Shown here: in pieces, positions 1-12,208 of the stretch
Layout of the letters: every line of letters begins with the position of its first letter
How positions within the stretch are numbered: the first letter of the stretch is position 1
Origin: Nemertoderma westbladi
Taxonomy: Eukaryota; Animalia; Xenacoelomorpha
NCBI GenBank assembly: GCA_032718475.1
Contig: JAUCBJ010007344.1
Span: 1-40,796, forward strand
DNA length: 40,796 nt
Direction of reading: 5' to 3'
The notes under the pieces: generated by a model
The model's input: only the letters and a program-made list of their open reading frames with translations
Databases searched by the model: none
Told to the model about the DNA's origin: nothing
Made by a program: the position numbers and the translations under genes

Positions 1-6
1 GTAATT

Positions 7-459
7 TCAAGCATGGTGAGCATCTTTATACGCGAAATAATGATAGGTAACATCAGCGGATTGGAAATCACTTCCCGAGAATTTCGCGCTAATGATTTTT
101 TTATGTTCGCCGCTAAAAAAATAAGGAATATAATAGCAACATCTTCGAACAACATTTCTATAAAAAATATTAGCCAATATTGTAAATAAATCTCCGGGAT
201 CATTACTTTTCGCAGAAATATAAGTTATATTGCGAAGCTCTTTCCAATAAAAGGGTTGGTATCTTACCAACTTTATATTAAACTTAGATATGGGTGCGCG
301 ACAAATAGGACAAATTTTAGAACAATAATTATTCATTTCGTAATATTGCACAATACATTGTACGCAAGTTGCATGTTTATTTTCACATTTATAATAATCT
401 CGATGTTGTTGCAATAACTTAGAATAGCAAACTGGGCATTTTTCATTTAAAATGTCCAT
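7..459 (-). CDS. Intronless RING-finger (C3HC4-type) protein, possible E3 ligase, about 150 aa
   Basis: CPVC-x13-CENKHATCVQC-x14-CPICR gives the RING Cys/His spacing. First ATG at 459 (the ORF track starts at a GTG at 492). Stop at 7-9. Confidence 0.7.
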   Translation of the reverse strand: MDILNEKCPVCYSKLLQQHRDYYKCENKHATCVQCIVQYYEMNNYCSKICPICRAPISKFNIKLVRYQPFYWKELRNITYISAKSNDPGDLFTILANIFYRNVVRRCCYYIPYFFSGEHKKIISAKFSGSDFQSADVTYHYFAYKDAHHA

Positions 460-604
460 TTTCCAAATTTTAAAGTAATTACCGCAATACACAACAACAA
501 CAACTGTTATACTGTATATACAAATACTACTACAATTTTCGATTATTTAAAAACAACAAAATTTTATATATAATCATAAAATATTTATAATATAGTGGGA
601 ATAG

Positions 605-1051
605 TCATGAATCAATAATATTATCGACGTATTCAACATTATCTGTTGATTCTTCAGGTTCGACAAAGGATTCTTTTGAAATCATTACAATAAAGAAAGA
701 CATAATTTCGTAGGGGCTATGTCGATTTAGCCGTATTTCAAACTTTTCACCAACTTCATTGTATTGTGTAATAAAAATAAACCCCTCTATCATGGCTAAT
801 AGTAAGATACTGGTTAATTTTCCTCCCTCATGCTCGGCTTTCAGGTTGTAATCTAAAAGATGAATACTATTATCTGAAGCATCAATATCGATTGAGCTTA
901 AAACTTTCCTAGCTTTTTCAGAAAACTCAATTTTATATTTATCATCTCCCTGACGGTAAATTGTATGATCAATAACAATATAGGCATGACCATCTTCTGC
1001 AAAAAATGAATGCCTTACTATTGGCTTAACCATATCAGTATCAGAAGACAT
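605..1051 (-). CDS. Hypothetical intronless protein, about 148 aa, acidic C-terminus
   Basis: Long stop-free frame in very AT-rich DNA with globular-protein composition. ATG at 1051. Same strand as the RING ORF, about 145 bp away. No recognised motif. Confidence 0.5.
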   Translation of the reverse strand: MSSDTDMVKPIVRHSFFAEDGHAYIVIDHTIYRQGDDKYKIEFSEKARKVLSSIDIDASDNSIHLLDYNLKAEHEGGKLTSILLLAMIEGFIFITQYNEVGEKFEIRLNRHSPYEIMSFFIVMISKESFVEPEESTDNVEYVDNIIDS

Positions 1052-1287
1052 TATTAAATTTATTTTATTGTAAATCAAACAAAGAAAGTAAAAACTTTTT
1101 AAACTAAAACCATTACAAATGATTAATTGTGATTAAAGCAAGAGATTATATATAAGATATTATCAACAAAAATAATACAGGTCTTAAACTGGAAAATAGC
1201 CTAAATTCGGTTTATTGATTGGTTGATTAGCCGGTGGGTAACTACAGTATAAACAAAAAAATTATTGCGTAATAATCACTAATGCTC

Positions 1288-1572
1288 GTATACGTGTAGC
1301 TGGAACCTGACGAATCTCATGTATCATACTGCTCGGATGGTTGGTTTGGCAACAGCAGTCGTGGAGTTGGCAATCAATATAATATCTGATGTAGTTGGTG
1401 GCTACGTTGTCAGCATATACTGTATACAGCGGTTGGTTGGTTGCGTGAATAGGAAATAACTATGGAAATGTTTGTATACGTGTAGCTGGGAACGTGGCGG
1501 AATTTCAACACGTATCATAATAGCGTTGGATTGGATTGGTTGGATTGGTGACAGCCGTCGTGGAGTTGGCAT
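1288..1572. repeat. Diverged direct duplication of about 85-100 bp
   Basis: GTATACGTGTAGCTGG...GTATCATA...GTCGTGGAGTTGGCA occurs at about 1288-1372 and about 1474-1572. Confidence 0.6.
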
Positions 1573-2059
1573 GAGTTGGTTGGCGATCGACTCGATATAA
1601 TAGGGTAGTGTGGGGCTAGCCACACGATGAGAGGTTTGGGTACGCGCGAAGATGAATATGCTATGGTTGGTTGATGCAACGACACGAACCAATACGCGCG
1701 GGTGGTAACAGCTGTAGGAGTAAGGAGGGCATCGTGAGGTTAGGCTACGCGTAGGTGATAGGCAGCGATTGGTTGAAGGTAACGAGGCGAATCAATATTG
1801 ATGGTGACAGATGGTCATTAAACACCTCGATTTAGCACCGGAATTTGGCATTTTTTAATTGCCTCCGAGATGTGGCCCGTAGCCCAGGCTAGGGAGGAGT
1901 GGGTGGAGGGCTATGCTTCTCCTACTACTGCCCTTCTCGTAGAACTCTTATGGAAAGATTACCAAAAGAACAAGTATATCAATTAAGTGAACGGGAAGTG
2001 GAGAGCAGTGAAGTTGACGACCCAACTGAGGGAACACCATACTCCTCAGATAATGACGA

Positions 2060-2230
2060 CATCAACTCCAATGTAGATCAATGGAGACATTGCCCCGAGA
2101 CGATCAATCTAGCCGACATCGCTTCCAGAGGAGCAACTCCTCAAGAACTTACAGATACTCCAGACCGGTTAGGTGGACCCGACTTCCTAAGTAAAGAAGA
2201 TGAATGGCCTCCTCATCTTACCCCGGTAAA
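2060..2230 (+). pseudogene. BEL/Pao LTR-retrotransposon pol remnant (end of the RNase H region)
   Basis: DQWRHCPETINLADIASRGATPQEL...GGPDFL..EDEWP matches the BEL/Pao W-R-H-x5-N-P-A-D-x2-S-R-G...G-P-x-F-L...WP motif. The rest of pol is missing. Confidence 0.75.
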
Positions 2231-2418
2231 GATTAGACAGGCCAAGGGAGCGGAGAAAGTAACACTACCACTCAATCGCCCAGCTGGTCGTTTATGTTTA
2301 CCGGAAAGAGACCGAAAACCGTCCGGAAACTATGGAAGGCAAGATACTCTTCCCACGACCACCTCCCTAATCCAACAAATATCTAGGGACTCCATAACGT
2401 AACAACATACGGAGTGGG

Positions 2419-5400
2419 TGTGTGACTATATTATTTTATATTTATTTTTATTATTTTATATTATGTATGTATTATTATGTAATTTTATTATAATCGTTTT
2501 CTTTAATTTTATTTAGTAGAATGTTATTTTAGCGATTATTTAGTAGATTAGTGCAATATATTCGCGTTTATTACTTAATTACGTATATATTATATTTAGT
2601 GCGACGGCGAGAAATAATTCTTTTTCTCTTTCCTTACTGCCCGTATTACATTATAAATACGTGACTACAGTAAGATGAAATCTCCGTACTTATTAAAGTA
2701 CAATAAAGCCACTACTATATTCAGTATTATTGGTAGGCAGAGTATTAGGAATGCAAAGTTCAGATCCTCGTGTCTCGGCTAAACCAAGCTCTGGGTAGAC
2801 CTTGGAAACGACTTGCCTCTTCACACTGACATTGCTTCGTGCGATATTGCTCTCATACCGTATATTAAATAATACATATAGTAGCGTGATGTCCCTTTAA
2901 CAGTAGCGTATAACGCAAAATAAATCTGTTAAACCCTTTGACCATCTGCAATTCTAGTCGATTAAGATATCGCGGCACCCACCGATATACTTGAAAGACA
3001 AAATTCTAGAATCAGTGGTTAACGTCCCCAGACAAGTTCTGGAATAAACTGGTGCCCATCCTAAATATTAATTATTAATATTTACAAAATCTGTCAAATT
3101 TTAGATCCTTTAACATTCTAGTCGATTAAGATATCGTAGCACTTACCGATACTCTTAAAAAGACAAAATTCCTAGAATCAAGGATCCCAGTCCCCAGACA
3201 CGTTCTGGAATAAAATTACGTCTATTTAACATTAAATAATAAAATTTACGGGAATAAATTTTAAATTCATATATTTCAATGAATTTAATAAATTGTCATT
3301 TTATACAATTTATAACATTCCCAAAATTCCATTAATTAATAGATCATGGGAGCGGAGATTCACTCTATTAAGTGTATTTGTGTGCGAGAATCTCCAATAT
3401 ATAGTCAATAGCCGATAAAATTCATAAAATCATATATAGAGAGGATATTGACAATTAAAGAATTACTATTAAATAGCATCCCAGATCTGTATGCATGAGA
3501 ATTACCCTAATTCTACCGCTAGCTTTCCATAATGTCACCATGGCAACAACCACGCTAGAATTAGAAGTGAGTTAAAAGAACAATAAAAGGCTTGCTCATT
3601 GAATAGCATACGGAATAAATAGCACACCGCTAGTATCCAAGGATACATAATAACAACGTGACATTCTGGAAGGCACTTGACTAACGGACAAATGACCCGA
3701 ATGTGTGATAGAATGTGTACCATTTGTGACAGTTACGTGGAATTTGTGCGTTTGTAGGTGAATGTTACTACTAAGGTGTGTTTACAGTAGCGAGTCGCAA
3801 TTGTGAAAGTAACCCTAACTCTCCAGTAAGAACCTGAAGTATATCTAAGCCTTTGGGACGGACGGTGGAGTGGCTCGTGCTGGTTGTTGTAGTCGTTGTG
3901 CAGCTACGACGTTGGCGATAGGCACATCGACGGAAGTACACCAGCGCTGAGGATCTCGCACTGTCCGGGGGCAGAGAGGGGTAGGCAGCGACGCCCGCTC
4001 GCCTAAAGGTAAACTCATTATAATATGGATAAACTTATATAGCAGATAGATATGATTGAGTTGATAGAAGATGATCTTGGTATCAGGGAGCGATATACTC
4101 TACCTTTACAAGCGTTTGTTGATAGCTTGATACGCGGCGACGCTGGTCCAACTACTACGGAGGACAATGGTCGTTATATCTAACCGCCAATGTCCCGGGA
4201 GCAACTTGCGCGTGGGTTAGACTGTAGAAAATTCACCGCTCGCTATACGCATCGTAATGGTACGTATATGGACTTCTTAACTACTGGTCATCCTATCGAC
4301 CTACACGATACGAACGATATAGACACCAAAGGGAAATGGTTTATTTAAATATCATACCCAGCGGAAGCGGAACGATAAACTGAGACTCGAACACGAAAAT
4401 TCTATTCGAAACCGACTCGTAAGTGCAGATGTCGAAGAGCCGGATAAACGCAGCGACTCCACCAAATACCTGGAATTCTTGAGAGAAACCTATCTCGATA
4501 TTACCAGTCAACAGAATCTAGAAACTCGATATCCTCAAGGTATACATCATGACCGCATGGTAGAACTCAAACGGCTCTATTCCACTATGATGTATCTTAC
4601 CGCCGATCGATCGCTACCTGTTGTATCGGATAGCTTCGAACGGATGGAGGAATATTGTAAGCTGGAGAAAGATCACTCGCGTTTCCCCTACAAGACGTGC
4701 GTTTTTGGTATTATTGCGATGAATGCCCAAGACCCAACCAACAAACGGAAAGACATAAACATCCGCGGAGACGTTGCTTTAAACACGGTTTTACTCGCTA
4801 TACTTACGGGAGTTTCGAGCGAAACTTGTTCGATGTATCACCTACGCTCGTTCGACTCAGACGATCCTTAAATAAACCAATGATCAGAGTTTCGGAATAC
4901 TCGATCAGAACTCCTCATTCCCTAGTGAGACTTCAGACTCTTGATCCTATTAGTATGACGGATCCTCCCGAGCTGTACTCACTGCTCAAAGATCTAGTGT
5001 TGCCTGAACAATTAGTCGGTTGCACCCCAGTTGTAGGCTTCCTAGATATTAGCCCATTCTACCTAGCAGGATTGGGACGCGGACATTTAATATCGCCGTT
5101 TAACCCTTACCATCGTCCTGGCTTAACACGATATAACCTGTCACCAAAGTGGCGGAGAACGTTGTACCAAACGAGTTAAACGCTATTCTACAAAGATCAG
5201 AAAGGAAACCTGCGTTTGTTCAGATAAACGTAAGTTGTAACAGCAAGTCCAAGCGATAAACGAATTGTCTTTATCTCAGTTCGATTGTGAAATCCAGAAT
5301 CTCTAAGAAGATATCGAACTTAGACAACCCCATTCTCTGCGAGAGTTTTTGGATGAACGTATCCAGCTACGAGCGGAGGAAAATCAGCTCGAGGAGAAGC

Positions 5401-5650
5401 ATATCGAAACGGCGGATACCCCGACCATAATCCTACACCTTCTGATGCAATCATATTGCACCCTTCACCCAGGATTTATAGCCCTCCTAGTAAAGTGGCT
5501 CGCCCCAAAGAGAAAAGGACTCTTGCTAGCCTCAAAAAACTGCGTAAACGCCGTCTGCGTAAGAAAGACTAACTGTTTAGAGTATCTTTATATTTTAGAA
5601 ACTGTGATTTGTTATATTTTATAGACTTAAATCCCATTTTCTGGGAGCGG
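2419..5650 (+). mobile_element. Probable decayed LTR retroelement: LTR-like segment, PBS and degenerate internal region
   Basis: Purine tract GGAGTGGG followed by TGTG at about 2419. AT-rich LTR-like block with AATAAA at about 2702. TGG-initiated PBS-like TGGTAGGCAGAG at 2731. Broken ORFs at 4479-5624. PPT-like GGGAGCGG ends at 5650. Boundaries are uncertain. Confidence 0.4.
2922..3215 (+). repeat. Two diverged copies, about 164 bp apart, of a hairpin-forming unit
   Basis: ATTCTAGTCGATTAAGATATCG...CGATA...AAGACAAAATT(C)CTAGAAT...CCCCAGACA.GTTCTGGAATAAA starts at 2951 and at 3115. Confidence 0.8.
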
Positions 5651-6520
5651 TGTAAAAGCTTTTGCGTAATTAGCCGGTTATTTTCCCCGTAAAGTACTCT
5701 GTGGTTGGTTTACCAGGCATAAAAAGGCCGTGTCCTTGCTGTACTGGTGTTTTAGAGGACATAAAAGCCATTTCTTCTGTATTTGTACTTTAGAGGACAT
5801 AATCCACAATTTAGTGACGCAATAAGCTAGATACTCTTGAAAACAGTGTCGCTACCATGACGACGGCTAACAGCTGATATTGCCACGTCGACATTTCTTT
5901 GTTTCTTTGTTCTCTCGTTGTTCGGACGACCAATCAGAGCGTTTTTTGTCTCTGTGTTGGAGGTGGATACAGAAACTCAGGAATTCAGTATTATGTTTTT
6001 GCCCAGAGCCTAAGAACACCGGCTTTTGGCACCTCCGTGTTTCAGTCTTTAGTCTTACATTAGTAGGCTTAATTATAGAACGTATATCTGTTATCAATGC
6101 AATTCATATCTCAACTAACTAAACATATCATGCATATCTTACTTAACATTACTGATTTTGCTGTCGGTTATTCATTATATTTGTTGATGGAAGATTATAT
6201 TTGGAATACTGATCAATAGTCAGACACCCCAATCTTCTTGATATACTAAAGGTTAGAGAGACCGTTTACATATAAACGATTGCGACTTATGTTAAGTGGT
6301 GTGAAGTGAATCTAATGCTATTTTATAGGCCCTACATGTATTGTCTGTTATTCTCTTTGTATGTGACTAAAATTAGTGAAGGTCGGCAGATTGGTGTGCA
6401 GCATTGTGCAGCATTGTGTATGATTGTGACTGATAACAAACCATCTCCTAAAGAATGCGCCATATACGTGAATCTATAGCCATCTCATTGCGTCTGGTTT
6501 AAGTCATAACTCTGTTTACA
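5651..6520 (+). mobile_element. Putative LTR with no partner in the window
   Basis: Follows the PPT-like tract, begins TGTAAA and ends TTTACA (6-bp terminal inverted repeat). An alternative TTTACA end lies at 6270. Confidence 0.35.
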
Positions 6521-6839
6521 TATTTAGAGCGCCACGTCCTAAAGGAACTGTTAATATTTCCTAAAGAATATCTATCATCTAAAAGACATCCTAATTTGGC
6601 AGGTTAAACTGTCAAAGGTCTTAAAAGCGCAAACAATAACCGCGACATCTACCACCCACGGAAGGGTAGCACGAACTTATTTCCAAACGCACGTTCAATA
6701 TGCAAAGCCAGGTGGTTTATATGAATATAATCAATGCAGTACTCGTCTTCATTATAAGCCTTTTTGCGTTCGACCTGTTTTGTATTAAAATATATTTATT
6801 AAACGCAGGCTGACGCTCTTTATAATAATAATACTTAAG

Positions 6840-7130
6840 GATGCCAGCTTCCAGACTTTCAATCTTTACTGCCGCGCAAACCCCGCAGAGGAAGTTTTGG
6901 TTTGAGAGATCAAGCCCATCGGCAATTGGTGTTTCAATTTCGGTCCAGGAACTCTGACAATGGGAGCATTCAATCTTAGCTGTGGTCCATTCCCGTGGTT
7001 TCGGCTTCCTTTTCTTCGTCCCAATGACAGATTCTTCTGAAGACGTTCGATTCGCTTTCAGTTTATTGTTGGCGTTTGTGTTTTGAAGTTGTATTCGAGT
7101 GGACAGTCGCGCTGGTTTCGAGGTAACCAT
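6840..7130 (-). pseudogene. Probable 5' fragment of a CR1/L2-type LINE ORF1
   Basis: Basic N-terminus, then CSHC..W..........FLCGVC (PHD-like remnant), then the start of a coiled coil (KIESLEA). Protein-like character stops abruptly. Confidence 0.45.
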
Positions 7131-7410
7131 GCCGACCTGTGATAAGCGTTGGTTATGTTGAGTGCCGGTATTCTTCTTCTCTCACCTCTTCAATGTCAGA
7201 TGTTGCAAATACTGATAACACGAATAACGGTATATATTTCAATACTTGTCAATAGTAATATATATAATTTAGATAACTATTTTATATCTGTACTGTTGAG
7301 CAAACTCTACATAAATTTCAACCTGTGTATCGCCGGTAGTGCTGTTGCTGTGCAAGTGCTGAAGTGCTAGTTGCCACCAGTCACGCGGTCAGCCGGTAGT
7401 AGGGTGGAAC

Positions 7411-9274
7411 CATGGCCTACTACACACAGGCCATGACAAGGACTTTGCTGTGAAATTAGCGTAGGCTGACTGATGAATTATCAAATATTATATATTCCAT
7501 GAATGCAGGGTCCATATTTAAAAGAAGATGACTAGATTTTCGTAAAGAATTTAATTGAAACAGTATTTAATAATTAATAAATTAATTATCGCTCGAGTTC
7601 CTGCAGCTTTTATTCGTTTGTGGCTGCCTCTGGCTATGTTTGTGGCAGGAATGTTTGAACGCTAATAAGTCGGTCAATCATGGATGAAATGGAACCAAAC
7701 TTGGTACACATGTAGTCTATAAAAAATTTAGAAATTCTACACACAGACAGACTTCTACAGTTCCCCGGTCTGCTGCTAGGGGGCGAATTAACAGAAACGT
7801 AAAAATAGCTGTAATTATAGAACCAACGATCAGATTCATCTGAAATTTAGTAGTAGTTACCTAAGAGCATTGCTTAATTAGAAATTCTACAGAGACTTTT
7901 ACAGTTCCTGTCTGCCGCTAGTGGGGAATTGTTAGAGCTCCAGTTCAACGTGCTTAGCATGGTTTAATAAACAATAAATTAATTATTTTATTCAATACAG
8001 TAATTATAACAGTAAAATGCAATATATTCCATTTTTTAGTAAAATCAAGAGACAGGAGGGGGGTGGGACTGGACGCAAATCCCATCTTGGCGAATTAATA
8101 TCCTGCCTCAATATTAATTTCTCAATTTTGGGAAAGGAGCAGGTTACAGTGGCACGTTATTTTAACCAAAACAATAAAGTAAACACAATAGAACAGGTTA
8201 CAGTTTTATTTTTGAGAGTAATCAGCTGTTGTTATTTGCGTCCAATTTCCCCTGGAGAGGGATTAATTTTTATTGCGTCCAGTCCCCCCCCCCCCCCCCC
8301 CCCTATCTTGAAATCAAATACCAAAAATATATTTATTATATGAACAATCTATTTGGAAATTGTAAGTTCGGCCTATCTCTTTACCATAAGCTCAGTATCT
8401 TTATCTGGTGTGTTTTTATTATTTTAGGGCCTACCAATTATTTAATACGTTTGATAGAATTGAACAACACCGCCCAACACAACCAACTCTCTATCCGCCT
8501 CGAGCTGTCGAGCATCGAGAATACGAGAAACTCGATCGAAATACCTGCTTATCCCAGTAGTATCCGTCCGTAGTCACCGGACCGCTGCGGTTTACTCCCG
8601 TAGAACAGTAGAATACCCGCAGCTTTCGACCCAATTAGACAACGAATTCGCTTCACACTTTCACGTCGCAGAGAACGTAATCCAGTGCGATACAAGTATG
8701 CCCGGCATTCAACCATTTCCCCCAGGTGATACCAGGATCCGGGCCGCCGCTAAACCCAGATCGCAATCCTCGTCGATTCGTCCAGTCGTCGACGTAAGTC
8801 AGTAAGTGGGACTCTTCCCACCGCACTCCAAGGTGGGTGACCGGAGTGAGGCATGAGGAACTTGGCAGTGGCCCGCATTACGATCTGACCGACCGCCGTA
8901 TTCCCAGTGTCTGAGTGTAGTAAGAATCGAAATAGAATCGTAGTGACAAACAAGCAATTCCGTAGCACTGCGTAGTATTCCCCCGTTAATCACCTCTTGA
9001 AGCAACTCGGCTGCTCGGGTCCAGATACATCGGACTGTCGGGAGCGTTTCAGACAGTAATGGAGCGGCATTTGCGAATATTTCCAATGGTTTTATAATAA
9101 ATAAGGGGATTAAATGCTAAAACAAATGGATTATTCCTAACCCCACCCCAATACAGCAGTATACCTAACAGTATATAGCTTGTACCACAGTACCATAATC
9201 TGATAATCAGCACAGTCAGCCTACGCTAATTTCACAGCAAAGTCCTTGTCATGGCCTGTGTGTAGTACGCCATG
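7411..9274. mobile_element. Non-autonomous hAT-like DNA transposon
   Basis: 62-bp TIRs (7411-7472 CATGGCCTACTACACACAGG...GCTGACTG and 9213-9274) with 1 mismatch. 8-bp TSD GGTGGAAC (7403-7410) / GGTGGTAC (9275-9282). No transposase ORF. Confidence 0.85.
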
Positions 9275-9779
9275 GGTGGTACCTACGGTGCGCACTACAA
9301 CGGCAGTACAGCAATACAGTGTACCGTGCCAATGCAGCAATGACTGAATGATTACCGGTAGCGGTAACTATCTAAACTATTATATTATTATTACCGGTGC
9401 CGGTACTCAGGTACTGGGCTAATTAGGCCTAAACTTTAATCACTGCAAGGGTTGCCGGGGTTAATTAGATTACATGATATGGCATGTCTGCAGTGTATGG
9501 TACCGGCTGACCAGTATTGCAGTATTGACTGATTGCAGAATTCTCGATTCAGGGATTGAGTACAGCCTGACAGTACCGGTACACATGGTACATGCAGACA
9601 ACCCCAATGTATTGCAAAATTTGTCAAGAAACCCAGCTGATTTATCCTACAGTAATAATAATTTAACGCATTTTAAATTTGGATAAATAAATTTATTATA
9701 ACTGCAATAACAGTTACACTGATACTGCACGAAGACCCCACGCAAATTCTACTTGGAAAATTTTCAAACTTTTGCCAAA

Positions 9780-10012
9780 CAACATGTGTACCAAGTTTGG
9801 ATAGATTTCATCAAGGATTGGCCGAGTTATTAACGTTTAAAATAAAATACTGAAAAAAAAACGCGACAGAACGACAGAACGACAGAACGACAGAACGACA
9901 GGTTGATTAATGGTACCCCTACGCTAAGGCTCACTCACTTCGTGGCTCGCCCCACAGGTTGATTAATGGTACCACTACGCTAAGGCTCACTCACTTCGTG
10001 GCTCGCCCCACA
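9780..10012. repeat. Interspersed-repeat fragment with (CGACAGAA)n microsatellite and 56-bp tandem duplication, possibly a Helitron/HINE-like end
   Basis: CATGTGTACCAAGTTTGG has an inverted homolog at about 7655-7712. Microsatellite at about 9864-9900. 56-bp units start at 9899 and 9955. The family call is inference. Confidence 0.5.
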
Positions 10013-10261
10013 CAGCCCATTGTCGCATATGAGTATTCCCCATTAGTAAGTTATTATTTGAGAATTGAAATAATATGTCCATGTGGAAACGTTACGCCTA
10101 TGACAGTCAGACAATGTGTCGAACAATTTTAAAATATCACTTTACTATTAATTCCTGTTTTATGTTTCTTTCCCTGGATCTATTCCCTGATATAAGTTTT
10201 AACTGCCTTTTCATGGTTTTCTCATTCGACCGACACCCTGTCAGATATGAAAAACTATTAA

Positions 10262-11324
10262 GGGGAGTAGTACAGGCCTTCAAATTTTTTTTTTTAATTT
10301 TTTTTTCTGTTTTATTTAGAGCAGATTTTTATGAAAATTCCAAATTTGAAAACCGCTTAGCAAGATCTATCTTACTTCTCGAGATATGGCTATTTGTCCG
10401 ATTGACTGTCGGTTTGTCCGTCAGTATGTCTGTCCATCAATAAAAAGCAAACCATCTGTCTAAAAAATTCCCTATATGGGTTTTCGTGGACGGTGACTTC
10501 ATTTCTGATGTCAATATTCAAATTTGGCCTCGTCGTTTCTGTCTGTAAGACTGTCAGTATGTCCGTCAAAATATAACCGACAGACTGACTGTCAAAAAGA
10601 CAATTTGGAAGTCATCCAATGTTAAATCTGACACACGAACTGAATTCTGCGACCAGGAAAATCCCTCTAGTTAAACTTTTAACGAGATTGTATGCCTTTT
10701 TCTTATATTTGACGGACAGACAGAATATAGATCGGATAGTCAGAAAGACCGACAAACAGACATACAGACAAACAAGATTTCATTAAAATGAAAACTAACC
10801 TTAGAAATGAAATCAGCGCCCAGGAAAACCCCATATCTAAAATCTTAGCATGGTTTTGTACTTTTTTTTATAGGTATATATTGACAGACAATAACAGACA
10901 GTTTTTGCGCGTTTCAAATTTTAACTGTATTTTTCTCAAAATGTGTTTTTCAAATTTTTTCGGTACATTTTTCTCAGCTGCTATTTGAGTTATAGACTTG
11001 AAAATTTCTCACTAGTATCATTTTTTACCGTAGAATAAGGTGAACCAAATATTTTTTAAATATAATGTACGCATAAACACCGAATTGTAATTTTAATGAT
11101 TGTGACACTAATTATTTGGCTATTTTTTTTTTAAATTAGAGCCATTTTTCAAAAAATAAGCTAAATATAGGAAAAAAAACAAAAACAAATTGGTTCACCT
11201 GAAAGCCCATTAAATTCTGGTTGGAATGCAAGAACAGTTGACCTATAAAGTAATCTGATGCGTTCTAAAATGGTACAGAAGCTTAATAGTAGTTTGTATG
11301 GAAAAAATGCCTGTACTACTCCCC
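10262..11324. mobile_element. Non-autonomous Kolobok-like DNA transposon
   Basis: Perfect 16-bp TIR GGGGAGTAGTACAGGC (10262-10277) / GCCTGTACTACTCCCC (11309-11324). TTAA on both sides. GG...CC termini with TTAA fit Kolobok rather than piggyBac. Confidence 0.75.
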
Positions 11325-11472
11325 TTAACTCCCATGGTAGCACCTTTATAAAAACTGCCTGTACTACTCCCCTTAACTCCCATGGTAGCACCTTTATAAA
11401 AACTGCCTGTACTACTCCCCTTAACTCCCATGGTAGCACCTTTATAAAATATGCCTGCACTGATCCCCTTAA
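11309..11472. repeat. 48-bp tandem repeat, about 3.4 copies, each containing the right TIR plus TTAA
   Basis: Unit GCCTGTACTACTCCCCTTAACTCCCATGGTAGCACCTTTATAAAAACT. The fourth copy is partial and diverged. Confidence 0.9.
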
Positions 11473-11680
11473 TTTTAAAAATATTATTAAAAATTTAATT
11501 TTATTGCTTTGGTTAGAATAGCCTTTCACTATAGCATGTTCCTTTCTTTCCAAGTTAAAAGTGCTTGATGGCAAATGGTCTAAGATTTACACCATTATGA
11601 GACAATTAATTAAGCAAGCAAACAGTCGGCCGAGGCCGGTGGCAACCCAAAGGTTCCACTTTCGATAGCTGCTACCAGAG

Positions 11681-12208
11681 GGTAGGGGTGGGCGCTACTC
11701 CTATCTGCTACCCGAAGGTAGGGGTGGTCGCTACTCCTATCTGCTACCCGAAGGTAGGGGTGGGCGCTACTCCTATCTGCTATTCGAAGGTAGGGGTGGG
11801 CGTTACTTCTATCTGTAACTCGAAGGTAGGGGTGGGCGTTACTTCTATCTGTAACTCGAAGGTAGGGGTGGGCGCTACTTCTATCTGCTACCCCCAGGTA
11901 GGGGTGGGCGCTACTACTATCTGCTACCCGAAGATAGGGGTGGGCGCTACTCCTATCTGCTACCCGAAGGTTGGGGTGGGGGTTACTTCTATCTGCTACC
12001 CCCAGGTAGGGGTTTGCGCTACTACTATCTGCTACCCGAAGATAGGGGTGGGCGCTACACATATCTGCTACCCGAAGGTAGGGGTGGGCGCTACTCCTAT
12101 CTGCTACCCGAGGGTAGGGGTGGGCGCTACTTCTATCTGCTACCCCCAGGTAGGGGTGGACGCTACTCCTATCTGCTACCCGAGGGTAGGGGTAGGCGCA
12201 ACTCCTAT
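11681..12208. repeat. 36-bp minisatellite, about 14.5 copies
   Basis: Consensus GGTAGGGGTGGGCGCTACTCCTATCTGCTACCCGAA. It explains the 12-aa periodic ORFs here. Confidence 0.95.

Noticed and set aside
6181-6220. LLMEDY as a possible upstream kinase exon (LxxEDL motif)
   Set aside because: An in-frame stop follows within a few codons, there are no convincing splice sites, and it lies in a putative LTR.
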